A program made the position numbers and the translations under genes. A stretch of DNA of 64,000 nucleotides, from assembly GCF_009914755.1 (NCBI RefSeq), contig NC_060940.1; one strand, written 5' to 3'. The notes beneath the pieces are model-generated. The model was not told the origin of the DNA. It saw only the letters and a program-made list of their open reading frames with translations, and searched no databases. This DNA comes from the human T2T-CHM13v2.0 reference genome, Homo sapiens. Shown in pieces: positions 1 through 15,511 of this stretch (position 1 is the first letter of the stretch; every line of letters begins with the position of its first letter).

Positions 1-2257
1 TGGGACTCCAGCCTTTATTGGGCCCAGAACATTACCCAAATAAGTTTTCCACGGGGCACTAGTCAGTGGGGTGAGTGCCAGCAGGCACATTTCTTGACTC
101 CTGCTGCAACCGAGCAGGTCACTCTGGCGTGTGGGGTCTGTCCATGTGCGCTGTGAGCTCTGTGGGGTGAGTCAGGTAGGTTGTATCCAACGGTTCCATA
201 GCTGGTAGTCACCAGGAGGGGGCAACTGTGTAGGGTCAATATCTGGGCCAGCCTCACTGAGGAACAGTGAGGGTTAGAACTGGAAATTGTCAAGGGAATG
301 TGAACCCAGCTACCATATGAGAGAGTTCAACTTATGTTCAATGTGAATGCCATGGCAATTTTAAAAGGTAAGAATTCGCTCCATACGTGCTTCAGGTAAA
401 TAGGACAAACCTAGAATTTATGTAAACAGTGAGAAGATTGGATGCATTTTCCATCACATATTTTAATACTAACAGCTTATTATATACGTCAATCTATCAG
501 GCATTCAGAAATACATGCTTATGAAAATTTTTTGCACCATCAGACAAAAGACAAGGGTAGAAGACATTTGTAACCCTATAAACACTAGTAAATTAAAAAC
601 AGAAGGACCTTTATGTCCTAACGTATGTGTGTTGTGAAAGGCTGCCCTGTGAAATACGGGATTTCTTCAACATATTTTAAAAATCATAAGTGTCAATATA
701 TTTTAGAAATCCACTTAAATTTTCTCTTGTTATTTTTCAATGCCTATTTATTTATTTATTGGCTCTGCTGATTTTGATGTATATCCTAAACTTTACATTT
801 TCTTTAAAGGATGTTTTATACAGCTTTATGTACAATATTTCAATATCTTCACATTCTCTCCCTGTCCTTTTGTTTTGCTCTTATATGGTGGTCTTGAGTC
901 TTTTCTCTGGCTTTTCAAACCTAGTAAGGCTAAGACACTAAAGTAACTTTGCCCGTGGTTTGGTAATGCCTTCTAAAGCACATCCTAAGCTCTCGTGCAT
1001 ACAGGGGTCTCCTTTGAGCTCTGTGCTTTTGAGATCCCATATACCTAAATTCCAGTACTCCAAATCAGTACTACTCAGTTTTAGTTACTAAGTTTAAAAA
1101 TGTATTTTAATAGCAAGTTAGTTTAGTGCACTCTTGCTTCTTTCTTGACTGCTTGTATACATGTATATTCCTTTAAATGAATCTTGGAATTTATTTAAAA
1201 ATTTTAAATTATACTAATGAAACTTTATATTGTTGTGAATTCATAAGTGAATTTGGAAAGAATTTGTCTTTATGATACTAAATCCTTTTTATCCAAGAAT
1301 CATATGTGTCTTTATATTTATTCCAGTCTATATTTATATCACTGAGTAAATATATAGAAATGTAGATACATACAGCTGTAGTTATAGATACAAATATAGA
1401 TATAACATGTTAAATCTATATCTATCCCATATAACATATATACATAATATATGTGTGTGTGTGTGTATATATATATATATGTTTATGTTATTAAAGAGCT
1501 CCCTTAAAATTTTTCCTTTATTTCCTATATAATTTTAGGTTGAGCTTCAATTTTCCTTGTATAAGCAAGCAAATATTTATACTAGTTTTAATACTGAAGT
1601 TTAGATCTTGTGTCTTATTTTAGCATTGAATATTTGCACAATTATAAATATTATCTAATATTAATAATGTACCTGTTAAAAATATTTAAAATTTTACCTT
1701 GAATTATTTTATTGTTGAATTAAATTTCCTTTAATATGATATTAAATTTCTATTTTATGCTTTTTCTATGCATATGCAAATTAATCTATCCACTTATCTA
1801 TCTCCATGTAGTAACATGAAAATCAGGCCTCTCTTCTTCTAATGGACATACTCATGTTTGCATATAGAATATCAGACTCTTTATAGCATTTAAAATCTTT
1901 AAAGACATGAATATTGCCTTTTAACAAATATATTTTAGCATGTACTGAGAATCCCCTATTTATTTTTAATTTGGACTAATCAATGTGATTATTAATATTA
2001 TTGGATTACCAAATTTGGAAACACACTTTCATCCCCAAGGCGGATATTTGTTTTATTTTTTTTTTTTGCCAATTTGTTGTCTTACTGTTTCAAACATTAT
2101 TGGATATTATTTTAATTTTATTTGACATTTTAGTATCAACATTTTTAATTGATGTACTCTACATATTTTTTCTTCAATATCTGGTGGGTTTTATAATTAC
2201 GGCTATAATGGATTTGTAGTAGACATTGACAAAAATTATTCTTGTATGTTTTACAGC

Positions 2258-2805
2258 TGTATGAAGGAAACTAATATATTTTACCCCTAAATATATTTCC
2301 TTGATAAATTTCAAAATGGCTATTGAGAAGGGCTGGAAATGCAAACTTAGCTGCAAAGCTGTCTTGGGGAGATTTGCATCAGTAGAGAATCTGCCTTGAT
2401 GCAGCCAGGCTTTCTCTGAGGTCTGCCCCCTTGTCTGGATCTAGGAAAGCTTAACTGAGAGTCTGAGGTCTCCAAAGGTCTGAAAGAAACATTTTCTGTC
2501 TATTCTCTCTGAGGACTGCTCCCCGTGAGTTTCCACCTATGTAATAAGTCCACTTTTGCTAGCCAGGGTCGTTTTCTCACATAACCTTTTTTTTTTCCCT
2601 GTGATCCAAGACCCCATTCTTTCTGTAAACTTCATGTGGTAGATAAGCTTCTGCACGCATCGTGTGTCTGGGTCTTCGTTCTAAGGGCTCCAGTGTACAC
2701 ACATTGCAGAAACCTGTATGCCTTTTCTATTATTTGTCTGCCTCCTAATAGTGATTTTCAGGGAAGCTTCAGAGGCTAAAGGGACATTCTCCTTTAGCCC
2801 ATTCT
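2258..2805 (+). mobile_element. ERV1-class solo LTR (MER34/MER39-group like)
   Basis: Starts TGT..aaggaaactaatatattttacccctaaatatatttc and ends gtgattttcagggaagcttcagagg..ctcctttagccc. Similar to the LTR at 4715-5645. Subfamily judged by eye. Confidence 0.6.
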
Positions 2806-3039
2806 CAGACAAAATCCCCCAACATTTAACTGATTCCTAATACTTAAAATCACTTTGACAAAGCCATATATTTATAACCTTTTCTTCCCTCTATGATTTC
2901 TGGTCAGCTTGGGTTTTGGTTTTCATTCCATTTACTTCATCCTGGAAAAGATCTATTTTATGTCTGTTTACTCTCATTTATGGGTATTGAGAAAAGAAAA
3001 TAACTTTCATGTGAGAAATGCAAGTCCTTTTAAATAATC

Positions 3040-3438
3040 AGGCCCAGAGAGATATTCAAATGAGACAGCAGTTCTGTCCTGCTCCGCTTTGAGCTGTGTG
3101 TTAATCTAGGCTGCTTGCTGTTGCCACAGTAGCTATAAATTAACCAATAACGCCACACCAGATACTATATTCCACACCCAATAATAGTGTAACAGTGTAT
3201 AGCCAGTCACTAATAAATGTTATTTCCATAAGCCAATGAGAATTTGTGACAAACCTGTTTGCATCGTCCCACTTCTGGACCCCTTTTTGCCTTTAAGGAT
3301 CTGCTTGTTGCAAAGCTCCAAAGGGAGTTCATATCCAAGTATACTTGGGTCTGTTTCTTCCAGGCAGCTGTCCTCATTGTGGCTCAAGTAAACTCTTTGA
3401 ATTATGTTTTGTGCTTCAGCCCCTTCCACTTACATTAA
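3040..3438 (+). mobile_element. ERV1-class LTR remnant
   Basis: CCAAT box (agccaatgag), then ggcagctgtcctcattgtggctcaagtaaactcttt..ttaaca, a typical MER4-group LTR 3' end. Confidence 0.5.
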
Positions 3439-3554
3439 CAACATGGATTTGTGTCATCATGTACAGCAATTAAAATGTTTACACTTTTCCCCTCGAGGGC
3501 ACTTATGTGTTTTCCTGAGCACTTGGAATAGCTACGTAGTGTTTACTGCCTAGA

Positions 3555-3750
3555 TTATGGTTTCTCAACCTTGGTGCTACTTACCTTTAGGACCGGAGGA
3601 TTCTTTGTTGTGGGAGGCTGCCCTAGCAATGCTAGGTGTTTCGTTCGACCTCTAAATTTCACACCTCCACCAGTCTTGACATCCCCACAATAACCCTAGA
3701 CATTGACAAATGTCTCCTGGGGAAAACTCTCCACCAGTTGACAGCCAAAG
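3555..3750. mobile_element. MER20 (hAT-Charlie) DNA transposon
   Basis: tggtttctcaaccttgg..ttctttgttgtgggaggctgccct..agacattgacaaatgtctcctgggg..ccagttgacagcca. Confidence 0.75.
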
Positions 3751-4714
3751 TTCTGGAAATATTGGAATTGTCAATTGAGATTTCATGTTATCCAAAACAA
3801 ATACTTTTCTTTGTTTTTAAACATCTACTTCCATCTACTTATCTACTTATTTTTACTTTTATTTGTAATTTAATTCCATCAAGGAGAGAGAGTGCATTTT
3901 CTGTTATGCTAAATTTTTGAAGAATGTATTGATTTTTTATGACCTGATATATGGATGTTATGTAGATATTACATGTTTGTATTATCAAATTTCAGGGCGA
4001 TAAGAAAATAAATACTTATAATATTTATATTGTCACTGTATATTAGTTATTTTCTTTCTTCACTACAGGAGTTTTTCAACCTATAGGCTATTTTTCAATT
4101 CTAGGTTATCCAGTAGATTTTGAAATGTTATGATTTAATATCTACTTCTCAAGCATTCATCTTTGCAAATGAAACAATCCCAAGCTCTTATAATGCACAT
4201 CATATAAAGGGCAGATTAGTCAATATATGGTTCAGAAATAATTATGTAATATTTATAAGAAAATTAAAAATTTAGATCCTTAACTCAGATAACAATAATG
4301 CAAATTAAAATTTGATTTCATTACATAATTTAAAATGACACCAGAATACTAGTAAAAATGTAGATAAGTTTATATAATCTTTTTTAGCTGTAGGACTTTA
4401 TTAGCATAAATTCAAATAGAGGAACCAAAGTAAGATTGAGACCTGTAGTCAAAGGTTAAAATGTACACATTATAGGGGCATGATTAAACTAATTTAAAGC
4501 ATGATAACATGGAGAAATATTGCAAAATATACATTTGACTGAATTAATTGTTAATACCTAATCATTATGTGAGAACACAATTAAAGAGTAGCTACACACG
4601 CACACACCCACACGCAAGTGCAATATTGTCAAATAAACGATGTTCAGCTACACTAGAAATCACACCTGTGTTTTCTCCACAGAAAAGATTAAAAAGCACA
4701 ATAATATTTATTGT

Positions 4715-5645
<931 letters not shown>

Positions 5646-7007
5646 AAAAGACAAATATATAGGTGACAAATAATATTTAGAGTGTAAGACGCTTTTTAAA
5701 GGTATATTTGCAATTTGTGTCAAAACATTTAAATATACATTTGTTATTTTAACTATAAAATTTCAAATAATTTAAGCCAAATACATAGTATATGCAGAAA
5801 ATTTAGCAATATATCTATGTAGCACCTTACTGTGCATTACTGTAACCAGCCGTCTAATATAAAGAATTAAGGTAGCAGCTACTTTTCAAAGAGTGCATTT
5901 TTTTCACAGACCTACTAAATAAGACAAATAACATTTAAACTTTATTTTTAAATTTGCAGAATAGTAGTTTTCAGCGGATGGTTTATTTTAGCAAATTCCA
6001 TCTTCACATTGTGCTATGCTTTTATGAGTTCCAGCTGTTAACGGATCATATTTTACTGCTGAAACTATCATGTGTGATATAATTGCTCATTATGTGCCTT
6101 AAAACACAAGCAATATAATTATTTTCAACTTGGAGCAAATTAAAATCTTATCAGCAATTTAAAATCTCTAGAGTCGACTTCTCCTGGTTAATTATTTTAA
6201 ACTTGTATTTTTATCTTTATGTTTTTAGTGAGTTGTCTTATCAAGGAGAAGAACTCAAGCTGATTATTCTTTTTTTCTCTTCCATCCACCTCGCAGGTGT
6301 GTTAATAATTTCATTTCTCAGAAAATATTCTTTCATATCCATCTTACAAGATGAGAGACCTTTCAACATCTTCCATTCAGATGTGATACCAGTAATGGAA
6401 AATATTCCAGCTTCATGAATATGGTGATACAAATAGTTATCCGTCTAACCTCTTTCAGTGCCAAATGTTTACTTTACTCAGTGAATTACTCAGTTGACTG
6501 GTAATTTCTTCTGAAATCACTAATGAGAGGATCAGAGGTCTGGCTGTTGTCTGTACCACATATGACTCCCAGTGCAGACAATTGTTTCTATGGAGCACAG
6601 ACAGTTGAAAGGATTGACTTCCTGCCTAGAATACTTTCTGCTGTGCTTCGTATCCTTCTTGTGGAGATTTCAGATTATCTGAATTGCTTTTCTATCTTGA
6701 GAAAAAACGCAACAATTCTTCCACCTGAGAGGAATGTAAACTGTAGTAACTTAGCGGAACCAATCCATAAAATTTTTACTTTGTTTCTTGCAAAAAGCAG
6801 CGCTGGTGTCTCCATCACTAACATTTTCTATCCCTCATTGCTCTTTGTTTGACTGCAATAGGATACCTCTAGGCAAATCTGTATTCCCGAGACAGAGTGC
6901 CCTTTTTGTGAGCTATAAGCACACTCAATGGTAGGCTGAAATACTGGCTTTTATGTATAGTGAAATGGAATCATATCAGTGATTTTTTTAAAAAGGAAAT
7001 TTAACTC

Positions 7008-7185
7008 TTGCTATGGTTTGAATGCTTGCCCCTTCCAATCTCATGTTAAAATTTGATCCCCAATGTTGCAGGTGGGGCTTCCTGGGAGGTGTTTGTTCAT
7101 GGGGTTGGACCTTCATGAATGGATAATACCCTCCTTTAGAAATCTAAAGCTATCCTCCCTCCTTGGTGCCCTCAGGAATGAGTGT
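7008..7185 (+). mobile_element. MaLR LTR fragment (MST-like); empty site of the AluYa5 seen in copy B
   Basis: tgctatggtttgaatgcttgcccc..ctcatgttaaaatttgatccccaatgttgcaggtgggg. Confidence 0.65.
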
Positions 7186-8024
7186 ACCATTCTTTATTCA
7201 CCTATAATTCCCCCACCCATCCTTTTTGAGATATTAATTACATGTATGTTACACTGCTGCATATTGGCTGAGGTATCAGTGAGTTTCTGGCTTTCTTATT
7301 TTAGTTTACCCTTTGTCCTTTAGTTTGTAAAGCTTCTATATTTTCTATAAATTTTCTGATGTTAGGGTAAAATCCATTACTTATTCTATCTCATGGAATT
7401 TTTATTTCAAATATTTATTTTTCATCTATACATGTCACATTTCTCATTTTATAACTTCTATTTTTCTCCTAGGTTCAATTTTCTTTTAAGTATCTTGACA
7501 TATATATGTATTTATCTATATGTATTTATAAAATATATTTACTTTAAGGACCTTTAAATTTCCTTCTTTTCCGTCATTTATAAATGACTTATTTTTTTCC
7601 TGTTAATATATATCTTAATTATATATATCTTACGGCTTCTTTGCATGTCAGAGTTTTTTTTGGGGTATTTTGATGTTATGCTATTGAATATCTGATTTCA
7701 TTGGCTAACTTTGAACAATGTTGTGGCAGGCAGTTCAGTAACTTCAGGATGAGTATTTGTCTGTTGTTGTTTTAAATCTTCTCTTTAAACTTTGTGGAGT
7801 TAGTATAGAGCCATCGGTCATTTGGAGCTAAATGAGCACTGTCACTAAGGCATGAACCTCCAGTGGTCTTTACTGAATATCCTGGAGGTACAGAGGGGAT
7901 TCCCTTCTCTAATTAGAATTTGGAATATGAAGAGAAAAGAGAAAAATAGAAAGCTATGCATAAACATGTGCATTCATATGAATTTTATGTGGGCTTTTCC
8001 ATGAAAATATTCCTAAGGTATTTT

Positions 8025-8251
8025 ATTTTTTTATTGTGGTAAAATACACATAACATAAAACGTACTGTCAACCATTTTATGTGTACAGTTCAGTGGTACT
8101 AAATATAGTCATAATATTCTGCAGCCGTCCCTACGATCCAATTCCATAATTCGTTTCATCTTGTAAAACTGAAACTCTATACACATTAAACAATACTTCC
8201 CCATTTCTTCCTCCCCCCAGCTTCTGGCAACCATCATTGTACCATCTCTAT
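8025..8251 (-). mobile_element. Old L1 (L1MB-like) 3' end, truncated at 8251
   Basis: ttttttattgtggtaaaatacacataacataaaa..gtgtacagttcagtgg..cccagcttctggcaaccatc. Confidence 0.8.
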
Positions 8252-10204
8252 AATGCTAATCAAGCATAGTGGCTGTGTTTCTTGCTTCCTCTAGTCCGCA
8301 GGTAGCATACAAATGTAATAAACTACTTATTCACGTCACATCTATTTATTTTCTGCACTATACCAAGCTGGTAGGTTTCTCTTAAATACAACATTTTTAT
8401 ACTTACACCTATGCAATACCCATTAGCATCGCCTTCCTAAATAAGGGGAAATTGAGCCTCTGTAATGTGGAGCAACTTCCTAAGATATAAAACTCAGCAT
8501 TGAAGTCTGTATACTTCAATATCCTGCCCTCTTCTCATTTGTCTTTACTGCCTTTTATGTATGTGTTAGATGTTCAATAAATTCTCTTTTTTAAACTGAA
8601 TTTAAGCCGTGGAGCAGTGTTTTGTTGAACAGTATATATGATATAGGACACACTTCCTCCCTTTCATTTATGATCCTGTTCATGAAAAAGAGAAATTCTT
8701 TCATTGTGCTAGAAGCTTAAAATAATGAAAATGCCACTTTTTACATTAAACAGAAATTGAAGGGAATCAAGGTGAATTGCATGAGACATAGAAAACAACT
8801 GGGAAATAAATCTAGTATAATTTGCCCTTTGTGTACCTTTATTATTTAGCGTTTGAGTAAATGATTCCCCCAAATATCTTCCCATCTTAATTCATGTCTC
8901 TAAAGGAGACATTCATGTCTCACCTTGTCAAGAAGGGCAAACTCTAACATAAACATTTCCCAAAAATGCTTCCTGCTAAAACGTAAGCTCAGTCTGGCTA
9001 GAAATGCAGCTCAGTTCATAAAGATTAATTGGTAGCTAACTTCGCATGCTGTTCTCTGAACTTGAGTGAAACCTGTCCATCAGGCATACAGGGAATGATG
9101 GAAAAGGTGACAACAGAAGATGAATGCTATGTCACTAACCTTCAAAGATGACCTGCCTTTTCTTTCAAATTCTTGATATCTTAAGACTTCATTAATTCAT
9201 CTCTCTTTGCCCTTGGTTCAACAATGTGCTATGCCAAAACTCATGTAAAACAATGATCTAATGTAATAAAAATGGCATTTTTCTTTCATGTAGATGGAAG
9301 CTAACTGGCATTTTTACAATCTACATATTTCCTTTGTCAATTTTTCTTTCTGTATTGGAAGTAATTGATAGGTATTTCTGAAGGGATGAAGGTGTTCCTG
9401 TGTTCATTGTGATCCAAACTATTTTTAGACCTAGGGGCTTTTGTAAAACAATTTGTGCCAGCTGACCAAGGATCACTGTGGCAGAAAGCAGCAAACTTGC
9501 ATAAGATGTCACTGCCTCATAAGTTGGATTTGAATACTAGGGGCTTACTCTATGGGCTTATGAATCAAAGACATTGATAGATGTAGTATAAGATTACAAT
9601 CATATTTTCTTTTTGACAGTCACATTATAAAGCATGATGCATTGCAACTAATCTCAATTAGCTGATCACAATTAAAATTAATAATGTTTATTATTGCTGA
9701 TAAACAATCATGACTCTCCTGTTCTCAAATGTGCAAGTAATTCTTGTAATTTTAATACGAATTTGCATATTATTATTAATTGATTTAATCTCATTGGATT
9801 TGGTTCATGGATCCAATTTATTAAAATATTGATAATGGGATAATGACTTGTCTCTCCATTTCATGTACACTAAAAAATACAATTCTTACAACGGTCTGCA
9901 AGCCCATCATGATCTGCCGCATGTTAACTGCCAAAATTCTTTTATATCTTCCCCCTTGGTCTTACCAGTGGTCCTGGCCACCTCACTGTCCTCTGGACAT
10001 GCCAACAGGTTGCTGCTATATGACCAAGACTCTAGTTAATTTCTTGCCTTGGAAAGATAGCCCTCCATATATCCATTGGTCAGCTCATTCAACTTTCTCA
10101 AGTCTTTACTGAAACTTCACATTCTCGATGAGGCCTATTCAGTATTTCAAACTGCCTCCCAGCTGCAACATTCCAAAACCCCTTACTCTTCTGTGTATTT
10201 CTGA

Positions 10205-12700
10205 AAGGATTTATTGAGATATAATTTACATAGTGTAGAGTGCACACATTCAAGTCTACAAGTCAGTGGCTTTTAGTATATGCACAGATAAGTGGCGCCA
10301 TCATCACAAAGAATTTTAGAGCATTTTCATCACTTCAAAAAGAAACCCCACCTTCTCTAGCTGTTAACCTCCTATACACCCATCCCCTACTCAATCCTAA
10401 GCAACCACAAATCTGTTTTCTGTCTCTATAAATTTTCCTATTCTGTTTTCATCTAAATAGAATCATACAATAGGTGGTCTTTTCTGCCTAGCTTCATTCA
10501 GTTGGCATAATGCTGTCAAGGTTCAAGCACGAATCGGTACTTTATTTCTTTTTATAACTCTATAATATTCAATTTCATGGATAAAAAATTTTGTTTATCC
10601 AATAATATTTTTATTAACTTTTGAGTTGTGTTCAGCCTTTGGCTATTTTAAATACTGCTCCTAAAAATACTTGTGTACAATTTGTGTTTGAACACCTCTT
10701 TCCAATAATCTGTGTGTATACCTTGGAATAAATTTCTGGGTCATATGACAATTCTATGTTTAAAATATTTAGAAGCCATCACATTATTTTCCAAAGTGGC
10801 CAGTTCTAGCCATAGAGTATCTAACTGTGGTTTTGATTTGTAGTTTCCTGATGAGTGATGCTATTGAGTATCTTTTTATGGGATTATTGACCGTTCGTGT
10901 ATGTTCTTGGGAAACACATCTATTCCTATCATTTATCAGTTTTGAGTTGGGATATTTGTTACTGAGTTAAAACAATTTTTCTATATTCAAGATACTTATA
11001 TATACAGACATATAGTTTCGTGTTTTTCAACTATCTTCTCAAAATTTCTGAGCTGTCTTTTGACTTGCTTGGTTGTCCTTTGAAACACCAATATCTATAA
11101 TTTTTAAGAAATTTTAAATATCGAATTTTTATTTTGTTTCTCGTGTTTTTGGTGTTACAGCTATTCCTTTGCTAGATCCAAAATACTGAAGAATTTCCCA
11201 TTCACTTTATTCTAGCTCTCGCATGAGTGTCTTTAATTCATTTGAGTTAATATTTTTGTATGCTTTGGGGTAAGGGTTCCAATTTATTATTTTGCAAGTG
11301 GTGATCCACGTGTACGTTGTTGACCTAGTTTGTTCAAAGACTGTCTCTTCCTCATTGAATTGCACATGGCACCACTGTAAGAATCCATTGACTATAGACA
11401 CATAGTTTTATATATGGACTCTGAATTCTCTTCCATCAATTTATATATTTTTCCTTCATCAGTATTCTGTTGTCTTGATTACTGATACTTTGCAGTAAGG
11501 TTTGGAGCATGGGGCTGTGAATTATCCTAATATGTTTTCTTTTTTCAAGATTATTTTTGCTATTTTGAGTTCCTGACTATTCCATGTGTATTTTAGAATC
11601 AGCTTGTCAGGTTCTAGACAAGAATCCCTGGGATACTTGCAGGGATTTCATCAAATCTGTAGTTCAAATTGTAAAGTACTACAATGTTAAATCTTCCAAT
11701 TCATGGCTGTAAGATGTTTGCTAATTATTTAGATATTCTTTAAACAATAATTTTTAGTTTTCAGAGTAAACTCTTGTATCCCATTTTCCTAATTAATTAT
11801 TATTTCTTTTTTTGATGCTATTTTAAATTGAAGTGTTTTCTTAATTTCATTTTGGGGTTTTCATTGTAGATGTGTGCAATTGATTTTTGTACATTTATCT
11901 TGTATGCTGTAATATTGCTGAAATAATTTACTAGTTCTATCGTTCAGTGGATTCCTTAAAATTTTCTCTATACAAGAATGTTATTTTCAAATAAAGTTTT
12001 ATTTCTTCCTGTTCAATATGGATGACTCTTATTTTTTTAGTTGCCGATTTGCCCTGCATAAAATCTTTAGCACAGTGTTGACTAGAAGAGGTCAAATTAT
12101 ATATACTAGTCTTATCTCTGACCATGGCAGGAAAGCATCCTTTACCATTAAGTTGCATGCTTGCTGTTGTCTTTTCACAGGTGCCATGTATCTGGTGTAG
12201 AAAGTTCTCTATTCCTGGGTCATTGTGTTTTAATTTTTATTTTTAATCATTAAAGCATTTGGATTTTGTTAAAAGTCTTTTCAGAATCATCAATCGAGAT
12301 GATCATGCAATTCTCGTTTCTTATTCTATGGATAAGATGTATTACCTTAATGGATTTTGGGCTGTTAAACCACCCTGGGATTACTTGTATAAATTTCACT
12401 TTGTCATAGTGTATAATTCTTTTATATGTTGCTAGATTTGATTTGTTAGTATTTTTTTTAGGAATTTTGCATTTATACTTATAGTATTTTTATTTTTCTA
12501 TGCTATTTGGACTATTTTTTGTGTCAAGGTAACACTGGCCCCAAAGAATAAATTGGGCAGTGAATATTTCTCTCTTTTAAAAAAGCTAGTCAAGCATTAA
12601 TAGCAATTATTCAACACTAACAAATATTATTATTATAAATTATTAATTTCTCTAATTTTTATTTTCTTCCTTCTGCTTGCTTTAGGTTTAGTTTGTTATT
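10205..12700 (-). mobile_element. Old L1 (L1M) 3' UTR and degenerate ORF2
   Basis: tttattgagatataatttacatag 3' end. Minus-strand ORFs have L1 ORF2-like text (11207-11401, 11937-12158; paralogue 61351 'IISIDSEKTFNKIQ'). Confidence 0.8.
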
Positions 12701-12789
12701 CTCTCCAGTGTTTTAATTTGGAAGGTCATCTTATCTCATCCTTTCATTTGTCTTTTCATTTTCTAAATAGTGTCTTTTTAGCATCAGGT

Positions 12790-13190
12790 GAGCTCCCAAG
12801 GTTGGTAGTACTCCATGTTTATTGCTGTACAACAATGACAGGTAATATGTCCTGATGACAATGGAAACTTAACATTCAAAATCTCCTAGATTCCACCTTA
12901 TATGACATGTCTCTTCAATTGGTCCTAATTTCTACCTTTTCTCTATTATAAACCATGAGTACAATGGCATTCAATGAGTTCTGTGAGTCTTCCTAGTAAA
13001 TTCTTGAAACTGAGGGTGTTCAGGGGAAACCCCTGAACTGGCAGTTGGTGTCAGAAGTGAGAATCGTCTTATATGGCCTCTTCCTTTGAACTTTGCAGCT
13101 GGACACAAACTCTGCACAATTTGGACCAGAAGTCTCGTGTTGACTTTGCAGCCTAAAGTATCCTGTAGTTTCTCTAACCCTCAATAAATT
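12790..13190 (+). mobile_element. MER21-like LTR fragment
   Basis: tgagttctgtgagtcttcctagtaaattcttgaaactgagggtgttcaggggaaacccctgaact..gttggtgtcagaagtgag. Confidence 0.6.
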
Positions 13191-13690
13191 TGCTTTCATC
13201 AAATATTGTATATGTTACCCCAAAATTACCATGACGTTTTTTTTCTCCAAATAACTAACATTGGGAGAAATAGCCAGCTGAGTCTGTAACTCAACAGAAA
13301 CAAGTGATCCATATACCACATACCATATAAGTGGCCATTTCATTTTGCCTTCTGCCACCAAATCTTAGCAACCTCAACCATTGCCATGAGCCACAGTAGG
13401 CCTACCAGCTACAAACAAACAAGTATCTTTTAAAAATACTTCATACTCCCATTTGATAAATTTCCCAGCAAAGACATGCCTACTTTAACTCTATGCAACT
13501 GGCTCATATTCACGAAGTCTGTAGATATTATTCATGTAGTGTGAGAAAATCATCCCAGCGATGCCAGCACATTCTCCTTCCCATGATCTGCTTAGTTAGC
13601 AAACATATTCAGGCCATGGGTGAGAGATTTGTATTTCACCGTACAACAATTTTATGGAAGGCATTGAAACCTACCTTTAGCATTTTATTA

Positions 13691-14032
13691 CAGTCACACA
13701 TCACTGAATGATAGGTATACGTTCTGACAGATGTATCCATAGGCAATTTCATCATTTTGCAAACATCACAGAGACTATTACAAACACCTAGATTGTACAG
13801 CCTACCACGTCTAGGTTTTATGGCATAGCCTCTCTTTCCCAGGCTACAAAGCTGTGTACTACATTACTCTACTGAATACTGCAGGCAGTAAGAACACAGT
13901 GGTAATAGGTTATGTATGTAAACATACTTAAACGTAGAAAAGTATGTAAAAATATGTATTATAATCTCATGGGGCCACTTTTGTATATGTAATCCATCTT
14001 TGACTGAAATGTTATTATGCATGACATGACTC
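13691..14032 (+). mobile_element. Tigger3a/MER7A-like (TcMar-Tigger) MITE
   Basis: TA-flanked cagtcacacatcact..atgcatgacatgact terminal inverted repeats; internal ctaggtt..ggctacaaa..ctgaatactgcaggca. Confidence 0.75.
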
Positions 14033-15511
14033 TATGACAAAAATAAAATAACACACTGTAAAAAATGTACACAGGTATCAAACATATTAATATTGTAAAA
14101 ATAAAAATATTTATTAAGTGTAAGAATTTGTAAGGATCACAAAATGTTCACAGCTTATATTTTAGTACAGTTTCAAATGCCTAGTGCAATTACTATTTGT
14201 TTCTGTGTATATTTTAAGCATGTATATAATAAATATTTTTCAGGTTCAACAATATATATAAATCCAAGTGGCTCTTATAAATATTAGTTAAAATCAATTA
14301 GTAAATTTTATGTATATATACACACGTGTATCAGTCTGTATGCATGTATGTGCATGTAAAGGTAACTGTATGTGTGTGTAAATGTAACTGGATGCATCCT
14401 AATATTTACCCTTACCTACAACATTTCCAAGATTCATTTATTGTCTTTAGATGATGTGCATTTAAAGATTTACCAAATAAAACTCTAATCGTGGAAAATA
14501 TCAAGATGTTATTAAATTCATCTTGTGCACATAATTGTTTCTTTAAATTTATATTTCTTGCAAAATTTGCAGTAATGTTCATGCAACAAATAATTTTCTA
14601 AATAAAAAATAAAAACATTTTCTCAGTCATTAATTCTTAATAATTATTTCTCCCCAATAGTTAATGTGAATTAATTCTTCTTTATTATATAATAATGTTG
14701 CCCTTCAGAGTTTTGAATCTTTTGCATGTTGTATACATTTCACTAACTAGAACAACTTCTGGAATATTGGCATTAATTAATGTCACTCAGTAATTAATGA
14801 TTTCAAAGAAATTAAATACCATTCATTTTCTGAATCACAAGGGTACTTTGGCATCTAATTTAATCAAGCTCTTTGTATCATCATCTACACTTTAATTACT
14901 TAACAAACATTTCTCTGTGTGAGAAAGATTGAGCAGGTTATTGTGCTTTTTAAAGATGCAACTTTTGCTTAATCTCGAGATAGGCAATGCTCCCTATAAG
15001 GGACAAAGAGAAAAATGAAAGAGCAATGGAGATGTGACAGGCATGGAAAAAGAGAATACATTTGTAAAACAAATAGGCCCACAGATGATGATAATGAGGA
15101 TCAAATCTTGAGATACTGACTCAGGTTATAACCGCACTGTACAATAGAGCAAATCATTGGTTAATTTTTTTACAAATGGAATTTAATTTAATTAAGATGA
15201 ATACAGTGTTTTAAACAAGGCAGGTTATCTTAAAATAAAATAGTGGAATAAAGTCATAAAACCAATGTTAAAGTCATAAACATTTTTTAAAGAATTTTTT
15301 TCATGTAATTTTATTTTTTTTATTTAAAATCACCAAAATCAAAATAATTTTATCTTAATTAACAAATAGTCACCAGAAGTTAACTAATATTTACTTTATA
15401 ATACTAGTTTTAAAAATTCTTAACTATATTTTTAATCATATACGCTTATACATAAAATAGACATAGGGTGTAAGTTTACATGTTCACAATATTATATTGT
15501 AATTGTTCCTC

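Noticed and set aside
6523-6852. 109-aa ORF preserved in both copies (55329-55658)
   Set aside because: Many amino-acid changes and no recognisable domain; retention is expected at this nucleotide identity.
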